Below, in pieces: positions 30,450 to 40,246 of a DNA stretch of 54,951 nucleotides; the stretch's first letter is position 1, and the number at the start of each line of letters is the position of its first letter. The notes beneath the pieces were generated by a model that did not search any database, was not told where the DNA came from, and saw only the letters and a list, made by a program, of their open reading frames with translations. Both the position numbers and the translations under genes were made by a program. The stretch is from positions 1 through 54,951 of the forward strand of contig SHUY01000003.1 of assembly GCA_009694435.1 (NCBI GenBank), in the 5' to 3' direction. This stretch comes from Acidimicrobiia bacterium (lineage in GTDB: Bacteria; Actinomycetota; Acidimicrobiia; IMCC26256; PALSA-555).

Positions 30450-31760
30450 GTGAGTAGATCGGGACGCAATACTAGGCGACTTACCGCTACTGAAATCGAT
30501 CTGACGGTAACTCGCCAGTTGGCCTTGGTGGTGGGGACGGCGACTAACGAAAGATCTCGTGAGGAATGCGACTCTTCCCTCGAAGAGTTAGTGCAATTAG
30601 TTGACACCGCGGGAGCAGATGTTGTCGAGAGAGTTGTTCAATCGCGTGAGCGCCCCCATCCGGCAACTTACGTTGGTTCGGGTAAGGCACAAGAAATAAA
30701 AATGCTCACTCAAGCTCTTGATGTTGACGTAGTAGTTTTTGACGACGAACTTGCTCCTAATCAACAGCGTAACCTTGAAAAGATTTTAGAATGTGACGTT
30801 GTCGATCGCACTGCTTTGATTCTTGACATTTTTGCCCAGCACGCCACCACTCAAGAAGGAATGGTGCAAGTCGAGTTGGCGCAATTGCGCTACCGCATGC
30901 CTCGCCTAAGTGGACGAGGGTTGCAGCTAAGTCAGCAAGGTGGTGGTATCGGAACTCGCGGGCCCGGCGAAACGCTCCACGAAGTCGATCGACGGCGTAT
31001 CCGCACTCGTATGGCCCAACTTGAACGAGAGCTCGACCGGCTTGCCCGTACTCGTAGCACCCAGCGAAAAGCGCGGCAACGCAGCCGCATACCGGTTGTG
31101 GCCTTGGTGGGATATACCAATGCCGGCAAGTCGACGCTGCTCAACCGGATCACTGCAGCCGACGTTTACGTCGAGAACCGACTCTTTTCTACTCTCGACC
31201 CCACCACCCGAAAACTCTCCCTTCCGGGGGGGCAAATGGTGTTGTGCTCCGACACAGTGGGCTTCTTGCGGCGTTTGCCTCACCAACTAGTAGAGGCATT
31301 TCGGTCGACTCTTGAAGAAGTGGCTGCCGCGGATCTTTTAATTCATGTAGTTGACGCCAGCGCTCCTGACGCCCCCGCCCAAATAGAGGCGGTTCATCGT
31401 GTGCTTAAAGAAATTGGTGCCGACACTGTCCCTGAGTTGCGAGTAATAAATAAAATCGATATCGCTAACCCCGATCAGATACGTCAAATCCAAACTTTTG
31501 ATGCGCTGTGTGTCTCGGCTTATCGCGATGAGGGAATCGAAAAGTTTGTTAGTGCTATCGGCGATAAGTTGCGGTCCCTAGGGGAGATTTTGGAATACTT
31601 GGTGCCTTACGAGCGGGGAGACGTAATCGCGAGCCTGCATCGCGACGGCGAGGTTCTCGTCGAGGTTCACTCCGATGTGGGAACTCGGGTGCGAGTGCGT
31701 CTCGATGCGGCCCAACACTCTCGCTACTCAGAATTTATTGCCGACCCCGCTGCTTCGTGA
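30450..31760 (+). CDS. hflX: GTPase HflX
   Basis: DRTALILDIFAQHA, GIGTRGPGE, GYTNAGKS, DTVG, NKID. Confidence 0.97.
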   Translation: MSRSGRNTRRLTATEIDLTVTRQLALVVGTATNERSREECDSSLEELVQLVDTAGADVVERVVQSRERPHPATYVGSGKAQEIKMLTQALDVDVVVFDDELAPNQQRNLEKILECDVVDRTALILDIFAQHATTQEGMVQVELAQLRYRMPRLSGRGLQLSQQGGGIGTRGPGETLHEVDRRRIRTRMAQLERELDRLARTRSTQRKARQRSRIPVVALVGYTNAGKSTLLNRITAADVYVENRLFSTLDPTTRKLSLPGGQMVLCSDTVGFLRRLPHQLVEAFRSTLEEVAAADLLIHVVDASAPDAPAQIEAVHRVLKEIGADTVPELRVINKIDIANPDQIRQIQTFDALCVSAYRDEGIEKFVSAIGDKLRSLGEILEYLVPYERGDVIASLHRDGEVLVEVHSDVGTRVRVRLDAAQHSRYSEFIADPAAS

Positions 31761-31931
31761 CTACAACCGAAGCCCCCGCGACGCTTTTTATCGGCGGTCG
31801 AGTGATGACCATGACCCCTAGGCTGAGAGCCGACTTGGTGGTGCTTGAAGGTGAACTCGACCCAAAAAATCCACCGGGGCTTGGCCGAGACCTGGGTTGC
31901 GGGGCCGCGGGTTTATCAGTCGGTTCGCTAG
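31757..31931 (+). pseudogene. Collapsed Amidohydrolase_3 gene: N- and C-termini fused, middle deleted, frameshifted
   Basis: TLFIGGRVMTMTP (typical N-terminus) is joined to LRADLVVL...PP. After a frameshift near 31880 it reads LAETWVAGPRVY..* (typical C-terminus). Confidence 0.7.
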
Positions 31932-31941
31932 CGTGGCCGGC

Positions 31942-33093
31942 ATGACTGGTTTTGTTTCCGGATTCGTTCCGCCTCCTTACCCTCAAGCTCAGTTGGGGTC
32001 ACTGCGTTCTTTAGCCGAAGCCGCTCCGGGTGGATTAGTCGACACTTCGGTCGGCACTCCCGTCGACCCAATTCCCGAAGTCGCGCGCCGCGCCCTCATC
32101 GAGGCTCTTCCGAGTTCGTCGGGTTACCCCACCTCAATTGGTTCACCCGAATTCCGCCAAGCGGCCGCCGACTGGATGGCGAGACGCTTGTCGGCGACCG
32201 TGAACCCCACCGACATAACTGCGTGCGTTGGTACTAAAGAAGCGGTGGCGTCTTTGGCGTACTATCTCGCGTTACGTTCTCCCGGCCGGGACACGGTGCT
32301 TTACCCCGAACTGGCCTATCCCACTTACGCCATGGGGGCCACTTTGGCGGGGTTACGCGTCCAGCCGGTTCCGGTTGACGAAAATTGGTGTATCGACCTA
32401 AGTCGAGTAGATCCGGCTGACGCGAAGCGCGCCCTTGTGCTTTGGCTCAACGATCCCGCCAACCCCACCGGAGCGAGTGCGAGCGCGAGCGCGATGGCGA
32501 ACGCAGTGGCGTGGGCTCAACAACGAGGCATCGTGGTTGCGAGCGACGAGTGTTACGCCGAGTTCACTTTCACCGCCGCGGGCGCACCCGCCCCCCCGGT
32601 TACCGCTCTGGCCGGTGATCACACTGGGGTCTTGGCCGTGCATTCGCTTTCGAAGCGCTCAAATCTTGCCGGTCTAAGGGTGGGCTTTATGGCCGGCGAC
32701 CCCGATCTAGTGAGTTACCTAGGCGAGGTGCGCCGCCACGCGGGGCTTATGGTGGCAGCGCCAAACCAGGCTGCAGCGGCGGCTGCTCTTGCGGATGATG
32801 CTCATGTCGATGAACAACGCTCCCGCTATCAGCACCGGCGAGCGGTGATGACCCCCGCCCTTGAATCCTTTGGCCTTGTTTCGGACGGAGGACCTTCAAC
32901 CTTTTATCTCTGGCTCACCGACCCAGCCGATCCATCAACTAACGGGTGGGCGATAGCTGAGCGATTGGCCCGCACCGGTTTGTTGGTGGCCCCCGGCGAC
33001 CTCTACGGCGCTGCGGGGGCTAAACACGTGCGACTAGCGCTTAGTATCACCGACGAACAAACCGAACTCGCGGCGAGCCGACTTAGGCAATGA
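31942..33093 (+). CDS. dapC: Succinyldiaminopimelate aminotransferase (class I/II PLP)
   Basis: SVGTPVDP, GTKE, NDPANPTG, SDECY, SLSKRSNLAGLRVG; precedes dapD. Confidence 0.9.
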   Translation: MTGFVSGFVPPPYPQAQLGSLRSLAEAAPGGLVDTSVGTPVDPIPEVARRALIEALPSSSGYPTSIGSPEFRQAAADWMARRLSATVNPTDITACVGTKEAVASLAYYLALRSPGRDTVLYPELAYPTYAMGATLAGLRVQPVPVDENWCIDLSRVDPADAKRALVLWLNDPANPTGASASASAMANAVAWAQQRGIVVASDECYAEFTFTAAGAPAPPVTALAGDHTGVLAVHSLSKRSNLAGLRVGFMAGDPDLVSYLGEVRRHAGLMVAAPNQAAAAAALADDAHVDEQRSRYQHRRAVMTPALESFGLVSDGGPSTFYLWLTDPADPSTNGWAIAERLARTGLLVAPGDLYGAAGAKHVRLALSITDEQTELAASRLRQ

Positions 33094-33141
33094 TGGTGAG
33101 CGAAGGAATGTCACCCAGTCCATTTACCGGAAGGGCCAGCA

Positions 33142-33969
33142 GTGGATGATCTAGAAGCCAAGATCGGCGAACTATGGGCCGAGCGCGAGAGCGTCTCGGC
33201 AACTGACGCAAAAGCCGTAGCCACAATCCACGCAGCTATCAATGCCCTTGACGCGGGTGAAGTACGGGTAGCCGAGATCAATCCCAGTGACGGGTCGGTC
33301 GTAGTTAATCAATGGCTCAAGCAAGCGATCTTGTTACTGTTTCGAATTTCGGCTATGGAGACCATCGAGCTCGGTCCGTTTGAGTACGCCGACAAGATTC
33401 CCCTCAAACGCGATTACCAAAGCGTGGGGGTGCGAGCAGTGCCCGGAGCGTCGGCCCGCTGGGGTTCGTTCCTTGCTCCCGGGGTGGTGATGATGCCTAG
33501 TTACGTAAACATCGGCGCTCACGTGGGGACCGACACCATGGTCGACACCTGGGCCACCGTGGGATCGTGCGCTCAAATTGGCGAACGGGTTCATCTTTCT
33601 GGGGGAGTAGGTATCGGGGGAGTGCTCGAACCGCCTCAAGCTTCTCCAGTAATGATCGGCGATGACACCATGATCGGCTCGCGCTGCATTGTGGCCGACG
33701 GTGCTCGAGTCGGAGCCGGAGTGGTGCTGGGTGCGGGCGCGATATTGACTAGTTCGATCCCGGTTATCGACGCCGAAACTGGAGAAGAGATCAGCCGAGG
33801 CGTTGTGCCCGACTGGTGCGTCGCGGTCGCGGCGACGCGGGCCCGCACTTTTGCCGGAGGCGACTTTGGCTTACCTTGTGTTCTGGTCGTGAAGCGTCTG
33901 ACCGAAGGCGCTCGGCACGAAAAATCGCAACTTGAAGCAATACTGCGCGACCATAACGTGGCGACTTGA
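33142..33969 (+). CDS. dapD: Tetrahydrodipicolinate N-succinyltransferase
   Basis: NQWLKQAILL, DKIPLK, MPSYVNIGA, DTWATVGSCAQIG, IGGVLEP. Confidence 0.97.
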   Translation: MDDLEAKIGELWAERESVSATDAKAVATIHAAINALDAGEVRVAEINPSDGSVVVNQWLKQAILLLFRISAMETIELGPFEYADKIPLKRDYQSVGVRAVPGASARWGSFLAPGVVMMPSYVNIGAHVGTDTMVDTWATVGSCAQIGERVHLSGGVGIGGVLEPPQASPVMIGDDTMIGSRCIVADGARVGAGVVLGAGAILTSSIPVIDAETGEEISRGVVPDWCVAVAATRARTFAGGDFGLPCVLVVKRLTEGARHEKSQLEAILRDHNVAT

Positions 33970-33983
33970 TCGGCGGTTATTTT

Positions 33984-34613
33984 TTAGAAGCGCCGCAACA
34001 GAGTGACGACCTTGCCGTAGATCGAAATCTCATTAGGTGCAAAAACCATCTCTTCCATGGTGGAGTTTTCGGGTCGTAAAATAACTTGACCGTCACGACG
34101 CAAGAAAGTTTTTACCGTTGCCTCTTCTCCGGGTATTCCGGCTACTACGATTTCACCTTGTTCAGCCGTGGGCTGATGACGCACGACGACGTGATCGCCG
34201 TCGACTATCCCGACGTCAATCATTGAGTCGCCTCGTACTCTCAACATGAACAGTTCGCCTGATCCGGTGAAGTCTTCGGGCATCGGGATGGTTTCCTCGA
34301 TGTTTTCTTCGGCCAACACTCCCACTCCGGCGGCCACATCGCCCACGATAGGAATATGGCGCACCGGGCGGCGCTCTACTGCCGCGCCCGAGGCCGAGTC
34401 GTAGACCAATTCCATCGCCCGAGGCTTGGCTGGGTCGCGCTTAATGAAGCCCTTGTCTTGGAGGGCGGCAAGGTGAGCGTGAACGGTTGAGCTCGACGAG
34501 AGGCCAATGGCGTCACCTATTTCTCGCACGCTGGGCGGATATCCCCGAGTGCGGACCTCGGTGTCGATGAATTCAAGGACTTGGCGCTGGCGGTCAGTCA
34601 GATCTTGGCTCAT
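33984..34613 (-). CDS. lexA: SOS repressor LexA
   Basis: LTDRQ, GYPPSVREIG, VAAG cleavage site, GDSM, ATVK. Confidence 0.98.
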   Translation of the reverse strand: MSQDLTDRQRQVLEFIDTEVRTRGYPPSVREIGDAIGLSSSSTVHAHLAALQDKGFIKRDPAKPRAMELVYDSASGAAVERRPVRHIPIVGDVAAGVGVLAEENIEETIPMPEDFTGSGELFMLRVRGDSMIDVGIVDGDHVVVRHQPTAEQGEIVVAGIPGEEATVKTFLRRDGQVILRPENSTMEEMVFAPNEISIYGKVVTLLRRF

Positions 34614-34706
34614 GGGGTTACTCCTTATTTCTTTATGTTTCCTTATGTTTTGTCGTATATCGACGAAATTAAGATGGGATTTTTTCTCTTATCCACCACC
34701 CTAACA

Positions 34707-34781
34707 CGAATATATGTTCGGGGCGAACATTTGTTCTTGACTAGCGAACGTATGTTCTGCCATAATACGAACATACGTTCG
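34707..34781. promoter_or_regulatory. Four LexA boxes with divergent lexA / LysM promoters
   Basis: CGAATATATGTTCG 34707-34720, CGAACATTTGTTCT 34724-34737, CGAACGTATGTTCT 34745-34758, CGAACATACGTTCG 34768-34781. TTGACT 34737-34742 and CATAAT 34761-34766 on the + strand. Confidence 0.92.
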
Positions 34782-34881
34782 GAGAGTTAAATCCCTCCTT
34801 GATTCAAAGGCGGGATCCATAAGCGTCACAGCTAGGTGATTTCATAAGTATCAGCCCAACCAGAACAGGAGAGAAAGATCC

Positions 34882-35310
34882 ATGACTGCCATTACTACTA
34901 ATCCCGGCTTTATCACGATCGGTCCCGCGACCCGCCGTGTGAGCTCACGTCCGACCCCTCGGCGTAATGCTCGGTTTCCTGTATCTCGGGTCTCTCGGAG
35001 TCGGGTTTCTCGAGCCACCTACCTACGTCGCCGGCTTACGGTTGCCGTTTTGGCGTTGGGGCTCGTGGTCATGGTGGCCCAGGCTGGCAGCGCGCTCGGA
35101 GGTGACCCCCTCTCATCCTCCGAGCGCACTCCACCTAGTGGAGCAGTTTCTTCTGAGCGAACCGTCGTGGTGCGCTCCGGCGACTCTTTATGGTCGATAG
35201 TTTCGCGCTTGGCCCCCGATCAAGACCCTCGACCCCTGGTTGATGATTTGTCTATGGCTCGCAACGGAGCACCGTTAATCCCCGGCGAAGTCATCAGTCT
35301 CGATCAATAA
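34882..35310 (+). CDS. Membrane-anchored LysM protein (ChiZ/YneA-like SOS cell-division inhibitor)
   Basis: TYLRRR + one TM segment + VVVRSGDSLWSI LysM; divergent from lexA and upstream of nrdR. Confidence 0.85.
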   Translation: MTAITTNPGFITIGPATRRVSSRPTPRRNARFPVSRVSRSRVSRATYLRRRLTVAVLALGLVVMVAQAGSALGGDPLSSSERTPPSGAVSSERTVVVRSGDSLWSIVSRLAPDQDPRPLVDDLSMARNGAPLIPGEVISLDQ

Positions 35311-35383
35311 CAGTATTCAAGGCTGATAATCATGAATTACGGTTCACAAGATTTTTCTCGCTCGTGCGGGTACGGTAGCAATT

Positions 35384-35854
35384 ATGAATTGCCCCTACTG
35401 CCAAGCCGACGACGACAAGGTCGTCGACTCGCGGCCCTCCGAAGACGGTGGTGCGGTGCGGAGGCGGCGAGAATGCCTGAGTTGCGGCCGCCGCTATACC
35501 ACCCACGAACGAGCAGTCGAACTACCGCTAATGGTGGTGAAGCGCTCCGGTCTGCGAGAGCCTTTCGATCGGGCCAAGATCGCCGACGGCATAGAAAAAG
35601 CTTTAGCCGGAGCCGAGATTGCCCCGGAAGCCTTGGAGGCCATTGTTGACGGAATCGAAGAAGACGCTCGGGCTTCCGCCCCCGAGGTAGCCAGCGAGCA
35701 ACTAGGGCTGGGGGTGCTTGAGCGGCTGCGAGAAGTTGACCAAGTCTCTTACCTGCGCTTCGCCTCGGTCTACAAAGGGTTCAACGCGGCGGCTGATTTT
35801 GAGCGAGAAGCAGTTGAACTCGGAAAAGCCACTGAACCCAAGCGCCCCCGGTAG
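35384..35854 (+). CDS. nrdR: Transcriptional repressor NrdR
   Basis: CPYC...VVDSR...RRRRECLSC, ATP-cone, YLRFASVY. Confidence 0.98.
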   Translation: MNCPYCQADDDKVVDSRPSEDGGAVRRRRECLSCGRRYTTHERAVELPLMVVKRSGLREPFDRAKIADGIEKALAGAEIAPEALEAIVDGIEEDARASAPEVASEQLGLGVLERLREVDQVSYLRFASVYKGFNAAADFEREAVELGKATEPKRPR

Positions 35855-35880
35855 TCGCCCCCAACGGGCGGTATAAAACA

Positions 35881-35986
35881 GTTCTAAATATGGGGCTCGT
35901 GGGGGGGTTGACAAGAGGGGAGTTTCAGTGTTGTAATTCACACCCCATGTCGCGTAGTCCACTAAGTGAACCACAACATATGGTAT
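35881..35986 (+). promoter_or_regulatory. nrdJ promoter (TTGACA 35908-35913) with NrdR boxes
   Basis: CCACAACATATGGTAT 35971-35986 (best), ACACCCCATGTCGCGT 35940-35955 (31 bp upstream, degenerate) and GTTCTAAATATGGGGC 35881-35896 resemble acaCwAtATaTwGtgt. Confidence 0.75.
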
Positions 35987-36030
35987 TAATATCAAGTCGT
36001 ATTTAAACCCACCGAAAGGAACAAAAAAGC

Positions 36031-38802
36031 ATGGCCATCGCACCGGAGCAAATCGGAATAGGAATTCGTCGCTACTTCACTCAAGCCGGTGTACATCCTT
36101 ACGACGAGATCGAGTGGGAACGACGCGAAGCGCGTATTCAAAATTACAAAGACGGAACCGACGCGTTCTTTCAGCCCGACGTTGAGTTCCCGATGGACTG
36201 GTCACAAAACTCCACCAACATCGTGGCGCAAAAATATTTCCGCGGTACTCCTAACACCGACGAGCGCGAAACTTCACTACGCCAAGTAATCGATCGCGTC
36301 GCCGACACCATTACCGCGTGGGGAACAAACGACGGTTACTTTGTTGACGATCAAGAAGGCGCAGCTTTTCGCAACGAGCTGAAAGCAATTTTAGTTACGC
36401 AACGAGCTGCATTTAATTCGCCGGTGTGGTTCAACATTGGGGTCGAGGGCGTTCCTCAACAAGCCAGCGCGTGTTTCATTCTCGCGGTCGAAGACACCAT
36501 GGACGGAATTCTTAACTGGTACCGCGAAGAAGGAACGATTTTCAAAGGCGGTTCAGGTTCGGGTATCAACCTATCGGGCATACGTTCTTCGGTGGAAAAC
36601 TTGGCCGGCGGCGGTACTGCTTCGGGACCGGTAAGTTTTATGCGCGGCGCGGATTCGTCGGCGGGAACAATTAAGAGCGGCGGGAAAACTCGTCGCGCTG
36701 CGAAAATGGTTGTGCTCAACATTGACCACCCTGATGTCGAAGAATTCATCTGGTGTAAAGCACGCGAGGAGCGCAAGGCGCGTGCGTTGCGCGATGCGGG
36801 CTTTGATATGGACCTTGATGGCGCGGACTCATTTTCAGTTCAGTACCAAAACGCAAACAACTCAGTGCGTATCACTGATGACTTTATGGCCGCGGTTGAA
36901 GCCGACCGAGACTGGGATTTGCGTGCGGTTAAAACTGGTGAGCCAGTAAAGACCTTACGGGCTCGCGACCTTATGCTCCAGATCGCTAAGTCGGCGTGGG
37001 AGTGCGCTGATCCTGGCCTGCAATTCGACACCACAGTTAACCGCTGGCACACCGCTCCTAACACTGCTCGCATTAACGCTTCTAACCCGTGCTCGGAATA
37101 CATGCACATTGATAACTCTGCCTGCAACTTGGCCAGCATCAACCTGCTTAAGTATCTCGATGAAGAAGGAAACTTCGATGTTGCCGGTTTCGAACACACC
37201 GTTGAGGTGATGTTCACCGCCCAAGAGATTCTGGTTGGTAACGCTGACTACCCAACCCCCATGATTGGTGAGAACAGTCGCAAGTTCCGTCAACTTGGTT
37301 TGGGTTACGCCAATCTCGGAGCGTTACTTATGGCTCAAGGGCTCGCCTACGACTCGGCTGAAGGTCGGGCTTGGGCGGGTGCCATCACCGCGCTTATGAC
37401 CGGACACGCGTACGCCACTAGCGCTCGTACTGCTGGGCGGATGGGTCCGTTTGCCGGTTACGCCGAAAACTCCGGACCGATGCTTGAGGTATTACGTATG
37501 CACCGCGCGGAAGTAGCCAAAATCGACGAAGAGATCGTTCCGCTCGAAATCTTGGGCGCGGCGCAACGTTCGTGGGATGAGGCGGTCGAGATCGGTGAAA
37601 CTCACGGTATTCGTAACGCTCAGGCCACCGTGCTCGCTCCGACCGGAACCATCGGCCTGATGATGGACTGCGATACCACCGGCATCGAGCCCGACCTGGC
37701 CCTCACTAAGGCCAAGAAGCTCGTGGGCGGAGGAACGATGTTCATCGTCAACCAGACCATTCCCCGTTCGCTGCGCAAGTTGGGCTATTCGGCCCCCGAA
37801 ATCGACGCCATCATCGCTTACATCGATGAGCAAAAAACTATCGTCGGTTCGCCCAATCTAAAAGAAGAACACTTGCCGGTATTTTCCTGCTCAATGGGTG
37901 ACAACGTCATCCACTACATGGGGCACGTAAAAATGATGGCCGCGGCCCAACCGTTTTTGTCCGGAGCGATCTCCAAGACGGTCAATATGCCCGAAGAAGC
38001 CACGATCGAAGATGTCGAAAGTCTTTACTTCGAATCATGGAAACTAGGGCTCAAGGCCGTGGCGCTCTACCGCGACAACTGCAAGGTTGGTCAGCCACTC
38101 TCGACCCAAAAGAAAGCCGGAGCGGACGAAACCGATCCACTCACTTCGCAAGTTGAGCGGATTATTGAGACTGTCATCGTTCAAGAGCCGGTACGGCAAA
38201 AACTTCCTCGGATTCGTCAGTCGAAGACCTTCTCGTTCCGGGTGTCCGACTGTCACGGCTACGCCACGGTGGGCGAATTCGAAGACGGACGCCCCGGCGA
38301 AGTGTTCCTTAAGGTGGCCAAGCAAGGTTCAACTCTCTCGGGGGTGATGGATGCTTTCGCCATCGCTATGAGCCTGGGGCTCCAGTACGGAGTTCCGCTG
38401 CGGGCCTTCATCGAGAAGTTCACCAGTATGCGCTTCGAACCGGCGGGTATCACCGACGACCCTGACATCCGTTTCGCTACCAGTTTGGTGGATTACATCT
38501 TCCGACGCTTGGCGGTGGAGTACATCTCCCCCGAAGAGCGGGCCGACATGGGCATCTTCACTGTCGATGAGCGTTCTCAGCCCACTTTGCCCGGCGTAGA
38601 AGAAGCGACCACGCCGAACCTTATGAGCACGAACCCATTACCCCTTGAAGATCAAGCTCCGTCAGCGGCTCTACGTTCGCCCGAGCGTCCCGCGGCACGT
38701 CAATCCGAGATGGTTATCTGCTCGGTGTGTGGTGACATTATGCAGCGCGCCGGCTCGTGCCATGCGTGTCCTTCGTGCGGCGCTACTAGCGGCTGTTCAT
38801 AA
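36031..38802 (+). CDS. nrdJ: Vitamin B12-dependent (class II) ribonucleotide reductase with C-terminal TSCPD and Zn-ribbon domains
   Basis: FNSPVWFN, SACFIL, NPCSE, ACNLAS, APTGT, GAISKTVN, C-terminal CSVC...CPSCGATSGCS. Confidence 0.97.
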   Translation: MAIAPEQIGIGIRRYFTQAGVHPYDEIEWERREARIQNYKDGTDAFFQPDVEFPMDWSQNSTNIVAQKYFRGTPNTDERETSLRQVIDRVADTITAWGTNDGYFVDDQEGAAFRNELKAILVTQRAAFNSPVWFNIGVEGVPQQASACFILAVEDTMDGILNWYREEGTIFKGGSGSGINLSGIRSSVENLAGGGTASGPVSFMRGADSSAGTIKSGGKTRRAAKMVVLNIDHPDVEEFIWCKAREERKARALRDAGFDMDLDGADSFSVQYQNANNSVRITDDFMAAVEADRDWDLRAVKTGEPVKTLRARDLMLQIAKSAWECADPGLQFDTTVNRWHTAPNTARINASNPCSEYMHIDNSACNLASINLLKYLDEEGNFDVAGFEHTVEVMFTAQEILVGNADYPTPMIGENSRKFRQLGLGYANLGALLMAQGLAYDSAEGRAWAGAITALMTGHAYATSARTAGRMGPFAGYAENSGPMLEVLRMHRAEVAKIDEEIVPLEILGAAQRSWDEAVEIGETHGIRNAQATVLAPTGTIGLMMDCDTTGIEPDLALTKAKKLVGGGTMFIVNQTIPRSLRKLGYSAPEIDAIIAYIDEQKTIVGSPNLKEEHLPVFSCSMGDNVIHYMGHVKMMAAAQPFLSGAISKTVNMPEEATIEDVESLYFESWKLGLKAVALYRDNCKVGQPLSTQKKAGADETDPLTSQVERIIETVIVQEPVRQKLPRIRQSKTFSFRVSDCHGYATVGEFEDGRPGEVFLKVAKQGSTLSGVMDAFAIAMSLGLQYGVPLRAFIEKFTSMRFEPAGITDDPDIRFATSLVDYIFRRLAVEYISPEERADMGIFTVDERSQPTLPGVEEATTPNLMSTNPLPLEDQAPSAALRSPERPAARQSEMVICSVCGDIMQRAGSCHACPSCGATSGCS

Positions 38803-38809
38803 ATACCGC

Positions 38810-38856
38810 TAGACCGGCTCAGTAAAACTCTTGGCCGGTCTAATCCGGTCAAGAGT
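38810..38856. terminator. Overlapping inverted repeats after nrdJ (possible terminator)
   Basis: TAGACCGGC/GCCGGTCTA (38810-38842) and ACTCTTGGCCGG/CCGGTCAAGAGT (38827-38856). Confidence 0.5.
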
Positions 38857-38884
38857 AATTTGAGGGGGGGTAGACGTGAAAAGC

Positions 38885-40246
38885 ATGTCAAAGTGGCTTT
38901 GGCTAGTCGGCCTAGTGACGATTCTTTCGGGGTTGTTATTCGGCTATGACCAAGGCGTTATCTCTGGGGCGTTACCGTTCATTACTAAGTCGTTTGATTT
39001 AACCACCTTTCTTCAAGAAGTAGTCACCTCGTGGGTAACTCTGGGCGCCCTAGTCGGCGCGCTCCTCGCGGGGGCAATGGCGGATCGTTTCGGCCGGCGC
39101 GCCACTTTGATCACGGCGGGAATGCTCTTTTTTGTGGGCGCATTGGTGCAATCTCTAGCCCCCGATACGGCGATCCTCGTAGTCGGGCGCTTCGTGATTG
39201 GCGGCGGTGTCGGTATCGCTTCGGTGGCCGCTCCGCTTTACGCGGCCGAAATGGCACCGGCCAAAATGCGTGGTCGCTTCGTGTCTTCGTACCAACTCGC
39301 TATAACTATCGGTATTTTGGTGGCTCAGATCGTCGACCGCGCGCTAAGCGACAGCGCAAACTGGCGGCTCATGCTCGGGCTCGCAGTCATACCCGGTGTT
39401 CTCTTGGCTCTAGTCATGATCCCGATGCCCGACACTCCTCGCTGGTTACTAAAGATGGGTTGGCGCCCCAAGGCGCGCGTGGCGGCAGTAAAAGTGCAGG
39501 GCGTCGACGGGGTTGATTCTCGTTTAGACGACATTGCCGCTGAATTGGCGATGGAAGAAAAAGATAAGGGTTCGTGGAGCGATGTACTCAGCCCAAAAAT
39601 CCGTCCGATGCTCAAGGTCGGTCTCGGACTGGCGATTTTTCAGCAGGTAACCGGGATCAATGCGGTCATTTACTACTCCGACAGCATCTTCAAGGCCGCC
39701 GGGTTCTCTTCGGTGCAACAGCAAACTGACGCCACTATTTTGGCTATCGGGTGCGTAAATGTTTTGGCCACTTTCGTAGCCATAGCATTTATCGATCGTT
39801 TTGGTCGTCGACCTTTGCTCCTCGCGGGGTTGACGGGAATGATCGTTTCGTTAGCCGGACTCACGCTGGCGTTTATTTTCCTCGAAGATCAAGGTAAAAC
39901 TACCGGAACAAGTTTCTTAGGGCTGGCCACTCTCGTCCTTTTAGTTATCTACATTGCCTCGTTCGCGTTTTCGCTTGGCCCCGTAGTGTGGACCATGATT
40001 TCTGAGATTTTCCCCACTCGAGTACGAGGGCGCGCTATCGCAGTGGCCACGGCGGCTAACTGGGGGGCAGCATTTGTTGTCAGCGCTTCATTTCTTAGCA
40101 TCGTCAATATCGTGGGCACGGCGGGCGCTTTCGCCCTCTTTACGGTCATGAGTATCTTGGCCTTCGTCTGGATTTCCAAGAAAGTGCCCGAAACTAAAGG
40201 CAAACCACTAGAAGAGATTGAGGAATTATTCTCGGCCCCAAAGTGA
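38885..40246 (+). CDS. Sugar porter family MFS transporter
   Basis: LFGYDQGVISGA, DRFGRR, PDTPRWL, QQVTGIN, PETKG. Start is ATG 38885 or GTG 38876. Confidence 0.96.
   Translation: MSKWLWLVGLVTILSGLLFGYDQGVISGALPFITKSFDLTTFLQEVVTSWVTLGALVGALLAGAMADRFGRRATLITAGMLFFVGALVQSLAPDTAILVVGRFVIGGGVGIASVAAPLYAAEMAPAKMRGRFVSSYQLAITIGILVAQIVDRALSDSANWRLMLGLAVIPGVLLALVMIPMPDTPRWLLKMGWRPKARVAAVKVQGVDGVDSRLDDIAAELAMEEKDKGSWSDVLSPKIRPMLKVGLGLAIFQQVTGINAVIYYSDSIFKAAGFSSVQQQTDATILAIGCVNVLATFVAIAFIDRFGRRPLLLAGLTGMIVSLAGLTLAFIFLEDQGKTTGTSFLGLATLVLLVIYIASFAFSLGPVVWTMISEIFPTRVRGRAIAVATAANWGAAFVVSASFLSIVNIVGTAGAFALFTVMSILAFVWISKKVPETKGKPLEEIEELFSAPK

Noticed and set aside
33109-33130. TGTCAC-N10-TACCGG upstream of dapD as a fifth PafBC-type promoter
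   Set aside because: No CATAA half, the -10 lacks its final T, and dapD is not a repair gene. Too weak to call.
35855-36030. Cobalamin riboswitch before nrdJ
   Set aside because: The leader is short and occupied by promoter and NrdR boxes; no B12-box seen.
24574-38802. Inteins or introns in recA or nrdJ
   Set aside because: Core motifs are contiguous with no insertion or splice-junction signature. Extra length is confined to the C-termini.
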